Assembly (NCBI RefSeq): GCF_902713615.1
Contig: NC_052154.1
Coordinates: forward strand, 80,455,072 to 80,519,071
Direction of reading: 5' to 3'
DNA: 64,000 nt
Source of the DNA: Scyliorhinus canicula
Lineage: Eukaryota
Position 1 is the stretch's first letter. The number at the start of each line of letters is the position of its first letter. Under the pieces are notes generated by a model. That model was not told where the DNA came from and did no database searches. It saw nothing but the letters and a program-made list of their open reading frames with translations. Of the stretch, positions 62,401 to 64,000 are shown piece by piece. The position numbers and the translations under genes are program-made.

Positions 62401-63226
62401 TCGCTGGCATTTCTGCCCTGGAGGCCACTCAAGGGCCTCATCCTGTTGCTGCTTTTTCTTACTGCCACTGCATCGCCTACTTCTGATAAGAAATTTTTTT
62501 CATCTTAAAAAATCTAAATCGCACAGCAAAGCGCGAACATGGTTCTCTTAAGAGGTGACACTGAGCTCTTGCTGGCTTACCAGCTGGTAGGAGAGACCCC
62601 AGTAAACTCCATTAAATCGAGCCCATTATTTTCGTAACAGGATATGGCCTAATTATCAGATCTTAAACCATTTTTAGTACCACGTTCTTGGTTTGCTGTG
62701 TTATTTTGTATTTTTTAAGTGAACATTTTCCAAAGTTACCAGGAGTAGGCTGTTGTGTAGTTGCTGAAAGTATATCCAGTAACAAGGACTTCCATTTATG
62801 TAACACCTTTAACATTATAAAATGGTCCAAGGTGTTTCATAGAAACATAGCGCAACTAAATTAGAGTGTAAGCTGTATAATGAGATATTAGGGCAGGCGA
62901 ACAAGAGCTCAGACAAACGGATATATTTTAAGAAGCATCTTAAATGAAGAGGAACAGGTAGAATTCCAAAGCTTAGGGTAAAGATCGAATTTAAAGCACA
63001 GAACCAGTGCCATACCTCGAACACAGCAGGAACCTGACACTTTGGTGTCACTGCAATGGTAAGATTATCTCAATCGGATGAAATATGTTTGCTTCCTTTT
63101 ATTATGTTTCAGGAGGAAATTCTATATGACTGGATCAATCCAATTTACCTGGATGTTTCAACTCAAGTTCGCATCCAAGATGAGTTTGAGGAGAAATCTG
63201 AGATACTTCTCAAGAACTTCTTCAAG
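47341..63226 (+). CDS. OGFOD1: Prolyl 3-hydroxylase OGFOD1, exons 1-8 (gene continues beyond window); premature TAG in exon 5
   Basis: Eight GT-AG exons in consistent phase whose translation follows the recalled human OGFOD1 sequence (EAWSR..SH; NFIQSQ.FLEGLQ.EL; [20 protein letters not shown]; [13 protein letters not shown]; EILYDWINP). Confidence 0.95.
47870..52500 (-). mobile_element. Long degenerate L1-clade LINE in OGFOD1 intron 1
   Basis: ORF1 ([16 protein letters not shown]), EN ([10 protein letters not shown]), RT and C-terminal remnants; HE1 SINE nested at about 49840-50145 and a truncated SINE at about 47913-47976 with aaaaacaaaccg TSD. Confidence 0.85.
52689..52837 (+). CDS. OGFOD1: OGFOD1 exon 2
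   Basis: [50 protein letters not shown]; ctttacag / gtgaga. Confidence 0.95.
54004..54050 (+). CDS. OGFOD1: OGFOD1 exon 3
   Basis: [16 protein letters not shown]; ttgacag / gtgagt. Confidence 0.92.
54977..55577 (+). mobile_element. Solo LTR (601 bp) in OGFOD1 intron 3
   Basis: TGTCATG...CATAACA termini, 4-bp TSD CTGG. Confidence 0.85.
57084..57184 (+). CDS. OGFOD1: OGFOD1 exon 4
   Basis: [33 protein letters not shown]; ctctag / gtataa. Confidence 0.95.
57411..57757. mobile_element. GC-rich MITE (Harbinger-type TIRs)
   Basis: ggggcgattctcc ... ggaaatcgcccc termini. Confidence 0.65.
58795..58911 (+). CDS. OGFOD1: OGFOD1 exon 5 with in-frame TAG (58866-58868)
   Basis: [38 protein letters not shown]; HxD iron-binding motif precedes the stop; ttgcag / gtgagt. 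Confidence 0.95.
59105..59798 (-). mobile_element. Solo LTR (694 bp) in OGFOD1 intron 5, same family as 54977-55577, opposite orientation
   Basis: TGTTATG...CACGACA termini, 4-bp TSD TATT; tgttatgggccagg...atggagttcacctgacc matches the reverse complement of the end of the intron-3 LTR. Confidence 0.85.
59930..60152 (-). mobile_element. Short V-SINE with A-rich tail
   Basis: Near-identical reverse complement of 8438-8665. Confidence 0.85.
60659..60750 (+). CDS. OGFOD1: OGFOD1 exon 6
   Basis: [31 protein letters not shown]; ttttacag / gtacag. Confidence 0.95.
61018..61146 (+). CDS. OGFOD1: OGFOD1 exon 7
   Basis: [43 protein letters not shown]; tgttcag / gtaagt. Confidence 0.95.
61858..62030 (+). 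mobile_element. SINE with distinct head and L2-like tail
   Basis: gggctggtttagctcgctgagctaaatcgctgg...ggttcgattccc...gcgccggaatgtgg...gtgacaataagcgattttcattttcattt. Confidence 0.8.
63113..63226 (+). CDS. OGFOD1: OGFOD1 exon 8
   Basis: [38 protein letters not shown]; gtttcag / gtgaaa. Confidence 0.95.
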
Positions 63227-64000
63227 GTGAAAGCTCAATTGCGGATTCGTTCAGCGGAAAGGCAACAGCCCTTTTAAAAAAAAAAAATGCTTGTGGAACA
63301 TGAACAAGAAAATGGATATGATTCATTGACAACAACCATGGAAAGGCCCGTGGAATTAATCAATGTCTTTATTTGAGCGTTGGTATGAGGTGTCCTCTTT
63401 TGTTCACTGCTGGTTTGTTTATGATGATTATCATATTCAGATGTAATACATGGTGATGGATTCAGCTGTTGTGGGAGAGGAGTGGGCTGTTATTTCTTTG
63501 GTTAAAGATTGCCACAGGAGTCAGATGTTATTAAAAGAAGAGAAACATAGACACTGAAAGCTAGTTTGGTACTTGGAACCCAACTATAAAGGCAGGTAGG
63601 CTGTGATGGACATGATACTTAAGGGAAGGGAGTCCTGTCCCAGGATTATACAAGGTTTATTCTGTTTAGATTAAGCTAAAACCCAAGGTAGAATAGGTTA
63701 ACTTCTTTAATATCGTTACATTAAGTATGATTTAATGTTAGCAACCAATTGCTTCACACAATCCACTTTCCTAAATTGTGCAAGAAAGACTAGGAATTCA
63801 AAGCAATCTTTGCCTCACCTTTTTTTTAACTTGGTCCACCTTCAAAAAGATTGAAGAAGTAAAAATGCAAAAGACACAGGGAGTTTTATTCTTAGAAATC
63901 TTGCTACCATACAAATGGATATCGAATAGTGAGTCAACTCCCCGAAAAATAAGCTAATTAGACAACTTGTACGCGTGATTGACACTACTGCACCCGACAA

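Overview
Repeat-dense vertebrate DNA. The HE1/V-SINE, DeuSINE, CR1, L1, Penelope and Harbinger repeats point to a shark, probably catshark-like (inference). Three things dominate. (1) A near-intact 10.2 kb LTR retroelement on the minus strand (13988-24180), inserted in a CR1 3' end. It has near-identical LTRs, a tRNA-Arg(UCU) PBS, and a CCHC gag joined in frame to pro-pol by a UGA-CGG stop. Pol has a retrovirus-type layout (RT, degenerate RNase H tether, second RNase H, integrase). There is no env; the env position holds a 118-aa small type I membrane protein ORF. (2) A decayed leader-V(J)-C1-TM immunoglobulin-superfamily receptor gene on the minus strand (31650-34910), with a SINE inserted just after its J-like FGNGT motif. 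Its L-V block and its C1-TM block are each bracketed by inverted repeats. (3) Exons 1-8 of OGFOD1 on the plus strand (47341-63226), with intact splice sites but an in-frame TAG at a conserved Trp in exon 5. No NUDT21 exon was recognised upstream. Everything was read by eye: repeat boundaries are approximate unless a TSD or TIR is quoted, and family names rest on recalled consensus motifs, not database searches.
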